Assembly: GCF_039654945.1 (NCBI RefSeq)
Contig: NW_027361696.1
Location: 46,686,001-46,750,000 of the forward strand
Direction of reading: 5' to 3'
DNA from: Dendrobates tinctorius
Taxonomy: Eukaryota
Length of the DNA stretch: 64,000 nt
The notes beneath the pieces are model-generated. The model did not search any database, had not been told where the DNA came from, and worked only from the letters and a program-made list of their open reading frames with translations. The translations under genes were made by a program, and so were the position numbers. Positions 34,888-47,959 of the stretch are shown here, piece by piece (within the stretch, counting starts at the first letter, position 1; each line of letters starts with the position of its first letter).

Positions 34888-36450
34888 ATCTCTCATGTAT
34901 CTTATCTTTTATTATTTAACACATTTAGCTTTCCTGTTACCTATTTACTAAGTAATCTAAGTAATCTAAGTGATATTAAGTAAAACTTGTGTATAAAAGT
35001 CCAAAACTAATCTAATTATTTTGTATTTCTCTCTATCGTGCATCGGTATTTAGGCTATTTATTCATCAAAGGATCTTATGGAAAAATGTGTAGATCGATC
35101 CATAAAAATGTGAAATAATTCCCAATATCATCAATACTTCAAATAATAATAATTTGCTTTATTTCTATCAGTTATCAAAAATAAACATGAAAGATTCCGA
35201 TACACAGTGCAGACTGAACAACAGCACGAGAAATGCATATTTGGTTGCATACCCCCCAATTTAAAAGTTCCACTTCTCCTCCATGTAAGACACTGGTTTA
35301 TGTTAGTGCAGATATGTGGTGCCTGCATTATCTGTATGTATGTGTCCCTATATATTTAATGATAAATATATAGAGACATCTCTACAGGTCACTAAGTTGC
35401 AAAAATAATAATACCAAAATGATCATAATTCATATGTATACATCCATAAAAGTACAAGTAACTGCAGATACAATATAAATCAGCATAATACATGAAATAC
35501 ACAGCAATACATAAAGATATGTATCATATAAGGTGTGAAGTGCATGAATTCAGAACAATAATGCTCATGTGTAAGAATAATTAAGGAAGATAACATCCAT
35601 TCAAATAAAAAATTGTTGTAAACATGACCCCCACATTTGTAATTATAGTGATATCATCCCTTGATTAGGACCTTATCTGTGTATCCCGCCACTTCTGTCA
35701 TATTTTTTAGTTTGCGGATTTACATAGATGATGTCTTCCTCCTAGGGATCAGAATTCTAGCAGAACTCCATGATTTCAATACATTTTCTATGTCACATGA
35801 TCTTCTACCAAATTTACATTAGTCAAATTTTTTTAGAGCAATTTATGGATGTTTTGATTTCACAGAAGGACAGAGGATTGCCTCGTCTGGATTTGTGATG
35901 CCCACAAATAAAAAAGAGTTTGAGATATGGCAGTCACCGTCCTGATAAAATAGTGCAATCACCATCATATAATCAATATCTGGGAGTCAGAAGCATTTTA
36001 AGTGATAGTAATCAAAAAATACAGATAAATTCAGGGATAAACGGTAACCTAAAACACTGCTGGATAACTGTAGAGGAAAGAACACACGTGGTGACCTATG
36101 GACATATTTTTATCATTCTTGTCCAAACCCAACAAATTAGGTCAATGTGAACAATGGTGTCCTGCTGTACTGACTTTTCTTCAACTTATCACAAAACATG
36201 TCAAGTCTAGGAACGGCAAAGGATCCTTTCCTTTGTACGAGAGTTTCTTCCCTTGAAGTAACTGGCTACAGGAGTAGAAATGTTATCATACCTCAGGTAT
36301 GGAAGCTACTATCAAGGAAAAGAAGATTATGTTCAGTAGACTGCAGACTGCAAGAAAAAGCAAGCATCTGACTTTTTATCAGAAATTAATACATTTATAT
36401 ATAAAGACATATTGCAACTGGGGGTAAGAATGAGTGCTAATTATACTTTA

Positions 36451-36897
36451 AGGCCCCGTCACACACAGCGATCTCGCCAGCGAGATCACTGATTTTGTGA
36501 TTTCACAGCGATCTCGCCAGCGAGATTACTGTGTGTGACATGGATCAGCGACCAGCCCCCCTGCTGGGTATCGCTGATCGCGCTCCATCGTCCTGGGCCG
36601 TTTTTTGATCTCTGGTCTCCCGCTGGCCAGCATGCATTGCTACATGTGGCAGCGAGAGTCCAGCGATCATCAACACTGCACTTTGGTTTACAATGTAGAC
36701 AGCGGGTATCTAAGAGCCGCACGGCTCTTGGACACTCGCTGTTTACATTGGAAACCAGCTTGATCGCTGGTCCTGATCGCTGGAGGGGCTGTCTATGGGA
36801 CTGCTCACCAGCGATCAGCCTAACAATGTCCCAGTGATCCCATCCATGTTGCATCATTGGTGGGATCACTGGGACATCGTTATGTGTAACAGGGCCT
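36451..36897. mobile_element. PIF/Harbinger-type MITE
   Basis: TTA|AGGCCCCGTCACACA...TGTGTAACAGGGCCT|TTA. Reverse-complement homolog at about 51161-51595. Confidence 0.9.
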
Positions 36898-37154
36898 TTA
36901 GAATCCATATTATTAGGGTAGGAATAGCCCTAATTGAATTCTACAGAGGGGCCCGTGCATAAAAGTATAATGTTGTCTATCAAAACAAACTCATAACTCA
37001 AACCACAATGTGGGATAGGTGTTATATTTTACCCCATGGTGGTACTTATTTGAAAAATAGTCACAACTTAAATAAAGGCAATAAAGGAAAGGCAAAAAAA
37101 TATTGCTGGAAAATACTGCAGAAAGTGCTGACAGTGAGTGTGCTGCAGAACTTA

Positions 37155-37493
37155 AGTTATGTGACGTTATAGCGATATCGCTATGTGTGATACTTACCTC
37201 CGACCGGCTCCCCCGCTGTCCATCGCTGATCGCGCGAAAATGTCAGGCTCTATTTCTCGTCGTCAGCTTCCTGCTGAGGCTTCCTGCTGCGACGACGAGC
37301 GACGCTGGAGGCAGGCGGGAGGACACCAGGATCGCTGTGTGTGAAAGGTATCGTGCGCTGCGTCACTGCTGCATCACTGTGAGGTCTGCCTGTGTGACAG
37401 CTCACTAGCGATCATTTAGCGATGCACCAGCGATCCTGACCGGGTCGGATTGCTGGTTGGATCGCTGGTGCATCGCTAAATGTAAAAGGGCCT
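37155..37493. mobile_element. Truncated Harbinger-type MITE, reverse orientation relative to 39214
   Basis: Ends TGTAAAAGGGCCT|TTA. Reverse-complement match to 39214-39560. Confidence 0.75.
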
Positions 37494-37538
37494 TTAGCCA
37501 GACCCATTTTGTAATCTATAATGTGTAAAGAGTTACTA

Positions 37539-38084
37539 CGAGGGGCGCCTGAAAAGTTCGAGGCCCACCCATGAAATCTTTTTTGCATGGTCTTGTTTTG
37601 CAATGCAATATGTTATTTAGTTAGTTGAATGGTCTCATGAGCAATCTGGATTTATTTTGATTTTTTTTGTTTCCTTTACAGCATTTTAAAGTTGGGTCGT
37701 AAGGCTGAAATATGGAAATGAAGAAGTTGGCAAAGTTGGCTGCAATTCACTCCTGTGGTTTCCAACTGCTTCAGCACCCACCCTATTCCCCTGATTTAGC
37801 TCCCTCGGACTATCACCTATTCCCACAGATGAAAAAGCCCCTTGGTGGAAGGTGGAATTGCAGCCATTGCAACAGCCGATGTGTGAACTTTGCCAACTTC
37901 TCCATTTCCATATTTCAGCCTTGCGACCCAACTTTAAAATGCTGTAACGGAAACATAAAAAATAAAAATAAATCCAGATTGCCCATGAGACCATTCAACT
38001 AACTAAATAACATATTGCATTGCAAAACAAGACCATGCAAAAAAGATTTCATGGGTGGGCCTCGAACTTTTCAGACGCCCCTCG
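37539..38084 (+). mobile_element. mariner-derived non-autonomous element with very long TIRs
   Basis: TA|CGAGGGGCG...CGCCCCTCG|TA, with ~200-bp inverted arms. Centre encodes HPPYSPDLAPSDYHLF, a mariner motif. Confidence 0.9.
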
Positions 38085-38449
38085 TATGTCAAATGATGTT
38101 GGTATGCCATTATGCACATCCAAATACTATGAGATCACCTGAGCATGCTCAGGAAATCTCGAGTAATAAATATACTCACTCATCACTAATTAAATATAAT
38201 ATTGTATATGAATCTACTGTGAAATATTATACCAGCAGGGTGTGTTTAAAGGTGTCCGTAGCCAATAGTGTCTGTCACATCTGAGGCCACTATGTTATAT
38301 ATTTAATGTTTGTTTTCATACAAATTTTTAATAAAAATTGCTACTTATTTGGGAAAAACATCTTCTATTTGTGCATTTTTTGGTTACTTCTTATACAAGT
38401 TGGGATTTTTAGCGTAACAGATGGGATTTATATGTATGTTAAGCACATG

Positions 38450-39060
38450 ACTTTTTTTTACCATTGATTGATTCACCCAACAGCACCACCACGAACACTT
38501 ACTGGCGACTAGTTCATGCAGCCTTTATCTATCCCCAACTCCATCAAGATGGCTGGACCATCAATGTAAATAAGCACCTGTACATTTAAAAATATGATGG
38601 ATTTGAGAAATAAAATCAGAGCTTTTCCCCTTTGGTTTGAACAATTAGAATAAGCACCATATTTGACCCCATCGCGGTTCCTCTTTGTTGAATAAAAAAT
38701 TAATTTCCTTACAATGACATTTCCATAAAAAAATTATTAGGGAACGCTAAAAATTATTGCTGGAAAATACTGTCAAAAATGCTGATAGTGAGTATGCTTC
38801 TGGCCTTAGCCAAAAAATTTTAATCATCCAATGAAATATGAAGAGTTACTATGCCAAATGATGTAAGATTGCCATTATCAAAAGTAATTAGACCAGAAAT
38901 CATAATAAGAAAGTCAAATATGTCCTTAATGAGGATACAGTATATTGTTTGAAAAGATGTGTAGGATTCTATTCAGGTAAATGGTTATGCTGTAAAATAT
39001 GGACCCCATCCAGGACACAATATGATGGACCTGGTGAGTGGATTATATAATGTCTCAGGT
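38450..39060 (-). pseudogene. Ancient Penelope-like RT fossil
   Basis: Minus strand IVSWMGSIF..., QQRGTAMGSNM (about 38657-38690) and YIDG (a YIDD remnant, about 38555-38567). Paralogous to the fossils at 16800 and 24300-24560. Confidence 0.7.
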
Positions 39061-39213
39061 CGTGTATCTTGTATGGAAAGTTCATATCTATATAGCTATT
39101 GAGCCTATATGTCTATTTATGGGGTGATTAATCTATTCATCTATATATAAATACCTTTGTGTACATTTGTGTTAGGGAGATCCTGGGTATATGCTAATCC
39201 CTTCTCATGCTTA

Positions 39214-39619
39214 AGGCCCTTTTACATTTAGCGATGCACCAGCGATCCGACCAGCGATACAACCCGGTCAGGATCGCTGGTGCATCGTTAAATGATCGCT
39301 AGTGAGCTTCCACGCAGGAAGATCTCACAGCGATGCAGCAGCGACGCAGCGGACGATACTTACCTTTCACACACAGCGATACAGATGTCCTCCCGCCCGC
39401 GTCCAGCGTCGCTCGTCTCACACGGCAGGAAGCCCAGCAGGAAGCTGACGACGAGAAATGGAGCTGCCCGATCTCGCGCGATCAGCGACAGACAGCGGGG
39501 GAGCCGGTCGGAGGTAAGTATCACACATAGCGATATTGCTAGCAATATCGCTATAACGTCACAAAATCAGTGATGTTTTAGCGATATTGCTAGCGATATC
39601 GCTATGTGTAAAACCCCCT
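39214..39619. mobile_element. PIF/Harbinger-type MITE
   Basis: TTA TSD at 39211-13 and 39620-22. Absent at the paralogous site near 17765. Confidence 0.9.
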
Positions 39620-39771
39620 TTAGTTACTGGAGGGATTATAAGGATCAGGACAAGTGTGACCTGTGAGGAGTCTGTTGTGTCTTATGGACAATTCTTTATA
39701 GTCAATTACATAAAAACAGAAGAACCTACAGCCTAATCCAATGCAGCAATACCTGAATGGTTTCTGTAGAT

Positions 39772-40072
39772 GAATCATAGAATCATAGAATCGTAGAGTT
39801 GGAAGGGACCTCCTGGGCCATCTGGTCCAACCCCCTGCTCAAAGCAGGATTCGCTAAATCATCCCAGTCAGATGTCTGTCCAGCCTCTGTTTGAAGACTT
39901 CCATTGAAGGAGAACTCGCCAATCTCTTGTGGCAGCCTGTTCCACTCATTGATCACTCTAACTGTCAAAAAGTTTTTTCTAATATCTAATCTGTGTCTCC
40001 TCCCATTCAGTTTCATCCCATTGCTTCTAGTCTTTCCTTGTGCAAATGAGAATAAAGTTGATCCTTCTACAA
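39772..40072 (-). mobile_element. ~300-bp 3' fragment of the young CR1 family
   Basis: Reverse complement of about 8648-8950, including the tail. Confidence 0.95.
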
Positions 40073-40921
40073 TTGGGACAAAGTATTTTATTTAGAATTT
40101 GAGTTTCACACAAACATATTTTATTTATATTATTTATATTTATTAAAAGCATGATTCAAATAGGGAACAAATAAACATATTTTTCAGACTATAAGTACAC
40201 ACCAAACCATAAAATACACCCCAAATTTTGGGGAGGAAAATAGGAAAGTATATTTTTTTATGTTAAAATTGAGGTCCATCTTATATTCTGAATTTCTGCT
40301 CCGTATTCACTCTAAAAGCTGCCTGTATCTATCTTTTGTACTGTGAGGGTTTGTCAAATACCTGTGATACTTGGCATCAAACTTTGTTTATAGCTAGTGT
40401 TGCTCAAGTTTTTTTCTCCATACCTTGTGCTTTTATAAAATATATCCTGTGTGTCGATTTATCTATTATCTCAGTGGCAGACATACTGATATTGGTATAT
40501 CTATTTTATAATTCTCCTTCCTGATGCCTGATGAAGGGGCCTTCTGAGCCTTGAAAGCTTGCAAATATAATTTCTCTGGCTAGCCAATAAAGGTATCACT
40601 CCTTGAATACTTTTCTCATATTTTTTGAGGGGACATAAGTATTTACATCTATTTTTCTGGCTAACACGGTACCACAATATTATTTTGTATTGTACATCGT
40701 AATAATTGTCCTTTAAAACAAATTTAATTAACGTGAATGAATTTTCCTTAGGGTTCCTAAGAGGAGTTCATTCATAAAAGAAAAAATAGTTTTAATCACA
40801 ACAATCTCTGAACTCATCTAAAAGGATGGGATAGACGTTACATTCGATCCCAAGGCGGTAACACTTTAATGAGTAAAAAATTAGCTAGTTAAAGAAATTA
40901 AAAAAAAACAAAACCAATATA

Positions 40922-41454
40922 CAGCTCTGGCAAAAATTAAGGGGCCGCTTTCAAATGTTCAGTTTGTCAGATTTTTCTATTTATATGTATATTTTTGAGT
41001 AAAATGTAAATTGTGTTTTAGTCTATAAACTTCTGACATCATGTCTCCAAATTTCCAAGCAAAAAATGTTATATTTTTTTTCTGACAAAGAAAAATGGTC
41101 AAAATAAAAAAACAGTGCTTTCAGACCTCAAATAATGCTAAGAAAACAAGTTCATAATCATTTATAAACAATAATACTAATGTTATAACTCAGGAACAGT
41201 TCTGAAATCAATATTTTGTGGAATAACCATGATTTATAATCACAGCTTTCATGCGTCTTGGCATGCTTGCCACCAGTCTTTCATGCTGTTTCTGGCACAA
41301 AAATGTAAGCAGTTCTTCTTTGTTTGATGACTTGTGACTATCCATCATCCTCTTGATTACATTCCAGAGGTTTTCAATGAGGTTCAGGTCTGGAGAATGG
41401 GATGCCCAAGACAGGGTTTTGATGTTGTGACCACTTGATTTTTTTCCAGAGCTG
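40922..41454 (-). mobile_element. Internally deleted Tc1-like element
   Basis: TA|CAGCTCTGG...CCAGAGCTG|TA. Encodes WASHSPDLNLIENLW...SMPRRMKAVI...GYSTKY. Confidence 0.9.
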
Positions 41455-43748
41455 TATGTGGATCCTAAATTTATTTTGTATACATTTAATTTGCATGTAG
41501 CTTCCTGTACAGTTTTTCTTGCAGCTATTAACCCTGTCATCTACATATGAAATGCCCTCTGTATATAGTACAGTCAGTTTTAATTGATACTGGGTATGTT
41601 CTCCTTTCTTCTCATGCTGAGTGGCTGATGGAGATACAAGGCTCCAGACAAGTGTGACCTCTGCAGGGTCTATTGTATGTCAGGGATAATTCTATTAGTT
41701 CAATTGGATTAAAATAACACTGTCTCCATTATCATTCATTTGAACTAAAAGATTTATCCCAGACCAATGCACCCAAAACAAGACTGGTTTAAAGGAAGTT
41801 AGAAAGACAAATAATGCATTTGACCTAAAGTTTTCATTATAGATACATGATAGACAAATATTATTTTCTGTATCTTTCTTTTTACCCTGATGTATAGATT
41901 TATTTATTATATTGAAACTGACAAAATGCATTGTCTGTTTCAAATGTTATCTCTACCTTATATCTGTTCATTTTTCTTCACTTTTCAGGTCTTTCCATTG
42001 ATTTTTTTTCTCTCCATGTGTCTTATTAGATGTATGAAATATTAACGCCATCACTTTTGGTGCAGGATAATGATACTTACCTTGAGTTATGGGATGATGA
42101 AACCAACACTTGGGGGTGCAGAAAAATGAAATTCTGGCACTTGGAGTAAAGGATGACAACAATCTTAAATTTGGTGTCATTACACTGTACCCTAAATGTC
42201 AGTGTGTTGTTATCCTGCACCCCAAGTGTCAGTGACAGCTCAAAACTTGGGGTACAGGATATTGACACAATGAGACTTATGACATAGACAATTAGTATGT
42301 TTGATTAACCCTTGGTGTTTTTGTATTTTCAGGCCTTTTCTGTCTTGTCCAGAACTGGATCTGTTCCTGATATGGATTCCTACATAGTGAGACCCCAGAT
42401 CTACTACAAACAGACCTATTTTTGTAGAAACAAAAAAATGGAATTCTTTCTTGTAGTAAATATCTGGTGATTAATCTGAACCGCTGTATATACACGATAG
42501 AGTTGTGAAAATATATAAGAAAAAACTATCCATTTTTTTATCATTGCTGCTTGTGGTTGGAAAAGATTAATAAACTGCCGGTCAATAAAAATATATTAAA
42601 CCGTATAGAAAAATTAACCTTAGAAAACTTTGTGATTACGTTGCAGGTGGCAATGACCATACAGAGGGAGACCCTCCATATAACAAACCCTTTAAATGCC
42701 ACAGTTTAATGGCATCTAAAGCGCATCAACTGATTGGATCAGTTTTAGCTCTCATGTGGGATCCAGCAGCTGCTTAAAACAGATATATCCATCATTAATT
42801 GTTAAAGGGGTAGATCAGGGTGTGCAACCTGTGCCTGTAGTTATAAAGACACATCTAACATTTATGTCAAATTCATTGGTCAATTGAATACAGAATTAGG
42901 TCCACAGGCACCCCGCTAGGCAGCAGAGAGAAGGATACTAGGTGGATGTGGCCACATGAAGATATTGTGTAGTCTGGCTTGTATCAGACACATAATTTAT
43001 GATGATCATTATAAAAAAAACTTATAAATTTAGGGATAGTAGGTACCCTAAAACACTACTGGATAACTAGACGAAAGACCACATGTGGTGACGTATGAAT
43101 GTATGTCTTTTAATTCTTGTCTAAACCCAACAAATTTGGTTAATGTGAATAATGGTGTACTGAATCTTATCTAACAAGAAACATGTGATATATGTAGGTG
43201 AGTATTAGATAAGAAATAAAAAAGGTAAGTAGATAAAGTTTTGTAGATTTTTTTTTTTAAACTTAATCACACATCATGCCAAGTGTAGGAACGGCAAAGG
43301 ATCCTTTGTTAAAGATTTTCTTCCCTCAAAGTAACTGACTACATGAGTAAAAATGTTATCGCACCTCAGGTATGGAAGCTACTATCAAGGAAAAGATGAT
43401 TAAGGTCAGTAGGAAGGATATAAAAACAAGTATCTGACCTTTTATTGGAAATCAAAGCATTCATATTTAAAAACATGAAGGAACTGGGGGTAGGAACCAG
43501 AGCTTATTATACTATAGGGTCTATATAATTAGGGTAAGTATGGAACTAATTGAATTCTTCAATGGAGCCCATTCATATAAGAATAATATTGTCTATGTAT
43601 GAAAACAAACTCAGAGCTGAAGTGATCAAATCAGCTGTCATGTGCAGAGAAATATACAGGCTGAACACCAGAGACTGCATTAAAGAGAGAGACACAACTT
43701 GGATGTACCTATATGTCCAATGTTGTGAGGGGGATAATACAACAGATA

Positions 43749-44044
43749 CATAGAATCATAGAATCGTAGAGTTGGAAGGGACCTCCTGGGCCATCTGGTC
43801 CAACCCCCTGCTCAAAGCAGGATTCGCTAAATCATCCCAGTCAGATGTCTGTCCAGCCTCTGTTTGAAGACTTCCATTGAAGGAGAACTCACCACTTCTC
43901 ATGGCAGCTTGTTCCACTCATTGATCACTCTAACTGTCAAAAAGTTTTTTCTAATATCTAATCTGTGTCTCCTCCCATTCAGTTTCATCCCATTGCTTCT
44001 AGTCTTTCCTTGTGCAAATGAGAATAAAGTTGATCCTTCTACAA
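43749..44044 (-). mobile_element. Duplicated CR1 3' fragment
   Basis: Same truncation point and flank (CTACAATTGGGACAAAG) as 39772-40072. Confidence 0.95.
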
Positions 44045-44893
44045 TTGGGACAAAGTATTTTATTTAGAATTTGAGTTTCACACAAACATATTTTATTTAT
44101 ATTATTTATATTTATTAATAGCATGATTCAAATAGGGAACAAATAAACATATTTTTCAGACTATAAGTACACACCAAACCATAAAATGCACCCCAAATTT
44201 TGGGGAGGAAAATAGGAAAGTATATTTTTTTATGTTAAAATTGAGGTCCATCTTATATTCTGAATTTCTGCTCCGCATTCACTCTAAAAGCTGCCTGTAT
44301 CTATCTTTTGTACTGTGAGGGTTTGTCAAATACCTGTGATACTTGGCATCAAACTTTGTTTATAGCTAGTGTTGCTCAAGTTTTTTTCTCCATACCTTGT
44401 GCTTTTATAAAATATATCCTGTGTGTCGATTTATCTATTATCTCAGTGGCAGACATACTGATATTGGCATATCTATTTTATAATTCTCCTTCCTGATGCC
44501 TGATGAAGGGGCCTTCTGAGCCTTGAAAGCTTGCAAATATAATTTCTCTGGTTAGCCAATAAAGGTATCACTCCTTGAATACTTTTATCAATTTTTTTGA
44601 GGGGACATAAGTATTTACATCTATTTTTCTGGCTAACACGGTACCACAATATTATTTTGTATTGTACATCGTAATAATTGTCCTTTAAAACAAATTTAAT
44701 TAACGTGAATGAATTTTCCTTAGGGTTCCTAAGAGGAGTTCATTCATAAAAGAAAAAATAGTTTTAATCACAACAATCTCTGAACTCATCTAAAAGGATG
44801 GGATAGACGTTACATTCGATCCCAAGGCGGTACCACTTTAATGAGTAAAAAATTAGCTAGTTAAAGAAATTAAAAAAAAGCAAAACCAATATA

Positions 44894-45426
44894 CAGCTCT
44901 GGCAAAAATTAAGGGACCACTTTCAAATGTTCAGTTTGTCAGATTTTTCTATTTATATGTATATTTTTGAGTAAAATGTAAATTGTGTTTTAGTCTATAA
45001 ACTTCTGACATCATGTCTCCAAATTTCCAAGCAAAAAATGTTATATTTTTTTTCTGACAAAGAAAAATGGTCAAAATAAAAAAACAGTGCTTTCAGACCT
45101 CAAATAATGCTAAGAAAACAAGTTCATAATCATTTATAAACAATAATACTAATGTTATAACTCAGGAACAGTTCTGAAATCAATATTTTGTGGAATAACC
45201 ATGATTTTTAATCACAGCTTTCATGTGTCTTGGCATGCTTATCACCAGTCTTTCATACTGTTTCTGGCACAAAAATGTAAGCAGTTCTTCTTTGTTTGAT
45301 GACTTGTGACTATCCATCATCCTCTTGATTACATTCCAGAGGTTTTCAATGAGGTTCAGGTCTGGAGAATGGGATGCCCAAGACAGGGTTTTGATGTTGT
45401 GACCACTTGATTTTTTTCCAGAGCTG
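44894..45426 (-). mobile_element. Duplicated Tc1-like element
   Basis: Copy of 40922-41454 within the tandem duplication. Confidence 0.9.
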
Positions 45427-47959
45427 TATGTGGATCCTAAATTTATTTTGTATACATTTAATTTGCATGTAGCTTCCTGTACAGTTTTTCTTGCAGCTAA
45501 TAACCCTGTCATCTACATATGAAATGCCCTCTGTATATAGTACAGTCAGTTTTAATTGATACTGGGTATGTTCTCCTCTCTTCTCATGCTGAGGGGCTGA
45601 TGGAGATACAAGGCTCTGGACAAGTGTGACCTCTGCAGGGTCTATTGTATGTCACGGATAATTCTATTAGTTCAATTGGATTAAAATAACACTGTCTCCA
45701 TTATCATTCATTTGAACTAAAAGATTTATCCCAGACCAATGCACCCAAAACAAGACTGGTTTAAAGGAAGTTGGAAAGACAAATAATGCATTTGACCTAA
45801 AGTTTTCATTATAGATACATGATAGACAAATATTATTTTCTGTACCTTTCTTTTTGCCCTGATGTATAGATTTATTTATTATATTGAAACTGACAAAATG
45901 CATTGTCTGTTTCAAATGTTATCTCTACCTTATATCTGTTCATTTTTCTTCACTTTTCAGGTCTTTCCATTAATTTTTTCTCTCTCTATGTGTCTTATTA
46001 GATGTATGAAATATTAACGCCATCACTTTTGGTGCAGGATAATGACTTACCTTGAGTTATGGGATGATGAAACCAACACTTGGGGGTGCAGAAAAATGAA
46101 ATTCTGGCACTTGGAGTAAAGGATGACAACAGTCTTAAATTTGGTGTCATTACACTGTACCCTAAATGTCAGTGTGTTGTTATCCTGCACCCCAAGTGTC
46201 AGTGACAGCTCAAAACTTGGGGTACAGGATATTGACACAATGAGACTTATGACATAGACAATGACTATGTTTGATTAACCCTTGGTGTTTTTGTATTTTC
46301 AGGCCTTTTCTGTCTTGTCCAGAACTGGATCTGTTCCTGATATGGATTCCTACATAGTGAGACCCCAGATCTACTACAAACAGACATATTTTTGTAGAAA
46401 CAAAAAAATGGAATTCTTTCTTGTAGTAAATATCTGGTGATGAATCTGAACCGCTGTATATACACGATAGAGTTGTGAAAATATCTAAGAAAAAACTATC
46501 CATTTTTTTATCATTGCTGCTTGTGGTTGGAAAAGATTAATAGCCTGCCGGTCAATAAAAATATATTAAGCCGTATAGAAAAGTTAACCTTATAAAACTT
46601 TGTGATTCTGTTGCAGGTGGCAATGACCATACAGAGGGAGACCCTCCATATAACAAACCCTTTAGATGCCACAGTTTAATGGCATCTAAAGCGCATCAAC
46701 TGATTGGATCAGTTTTAGCTCTCATGTGGGATCCAGCAGCTGCTTAAAACAGATATATCCATCATTAATTGTTAAAGAGGTAGATCAGGGTGTGCAACCT
46801 GTGCCTGTAGTTATAAAGACACATCTAACATTTATGTCAAATTCATTGGTCAGTTGAATACAGAATTAGGTCCACAGACTAGGCAGCAGAGAGAAGGATA
46901 CTAGGTGGATGTGGCCACATGAAGATATTGTGTAGTCTGGCTTGTATCAGACACATAATTTATGATGATCATTATAAAAAAGACTGATAGATTTAGGGAT
47001 AGTAGGTACCCTAAAACACTACTGGATAACTGTAGATGAAAGACCACATGTGGTGACGTATGAATGTATGCTTTTTATTCTTGTCTAATCCCAACAAATT
47101 TGGTCAATGTGAATAATGGTGTACTGAATCTTGTCTAACAAGAAACATGTGATATATGTAGGTGAGTATTAGATAAGAAATAAAAAAGGTAAGTAGATAA
47201 AGTTTTGTAGATTTTTTTTTTTAAACTTAATCACACATCATGCCAAGTGTAGGAATGGCAAAGGATCCTTTGTTAAAGATTTTCTTCCCTCAAAGTAACT
47301 GGCTACATGAGTAAAAATGTTATCGCACCTCAGGTATAGAAGCTACTATCAAGGAAAAGATGATTAAGGTCAGTAGGAAGGACATAAAAACAAGTATCTG
47401 ACCTTTTATTGGAAATCAAAGCATTCATATTTAAAAACATGAAGGAACTGGGGGTAGGAACCAGAGCTTATTATACTATAGGGTCTATATAATTAGGGTA
47501 AGTATGGAACTAATTGAATTCTTCAATGGAGCCCATTCATATAAGAATAATATTGTCTATGTATGAAAACAAACTCAGAGCTGAAGTGATCAAATCAGCT
47601 GTCATGTGCAGAGAAATATACAGGCTGAACGCCAGAGACTGCATTAAAGGGAGAGACATGACTTGGATGTACCTATATGTCCAATGTTGTGAGGGGGATA
47701 ATACAACAGATACACAGCAATACAGATGATACATCATACAAGATGTGAAGTGCAGGCTGCTAGACAGCCTGAGTACATGTGGGAATTCCAATAACAAACA
47801 GGCATACCACACATGTATTCAGGTTGTCCAGCAGCCAGAAATCATGCAGTTGCGTCAACAGAAACTAAGTATCCGAGCATGCCAAAATACTCGGAGGTCA
47901 CCTGAGCATGCTCGGAAAAACCCGAGCAACCAGTATACTCGCTCATCTCTAGTAATAAT

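Larger units (their letters stand above)
39775..47712. repeat. Direct tandem duplication, two ~3.97-kb units (about 39775-43748 and 43749-47712)
   Basis: Paired ORFs offset by 3960-3972 bp (40336/44308, 41208/45180, 41695/45667, 43550/47514). Scattered SNPs and small indels between units. Confidence 0.95.
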
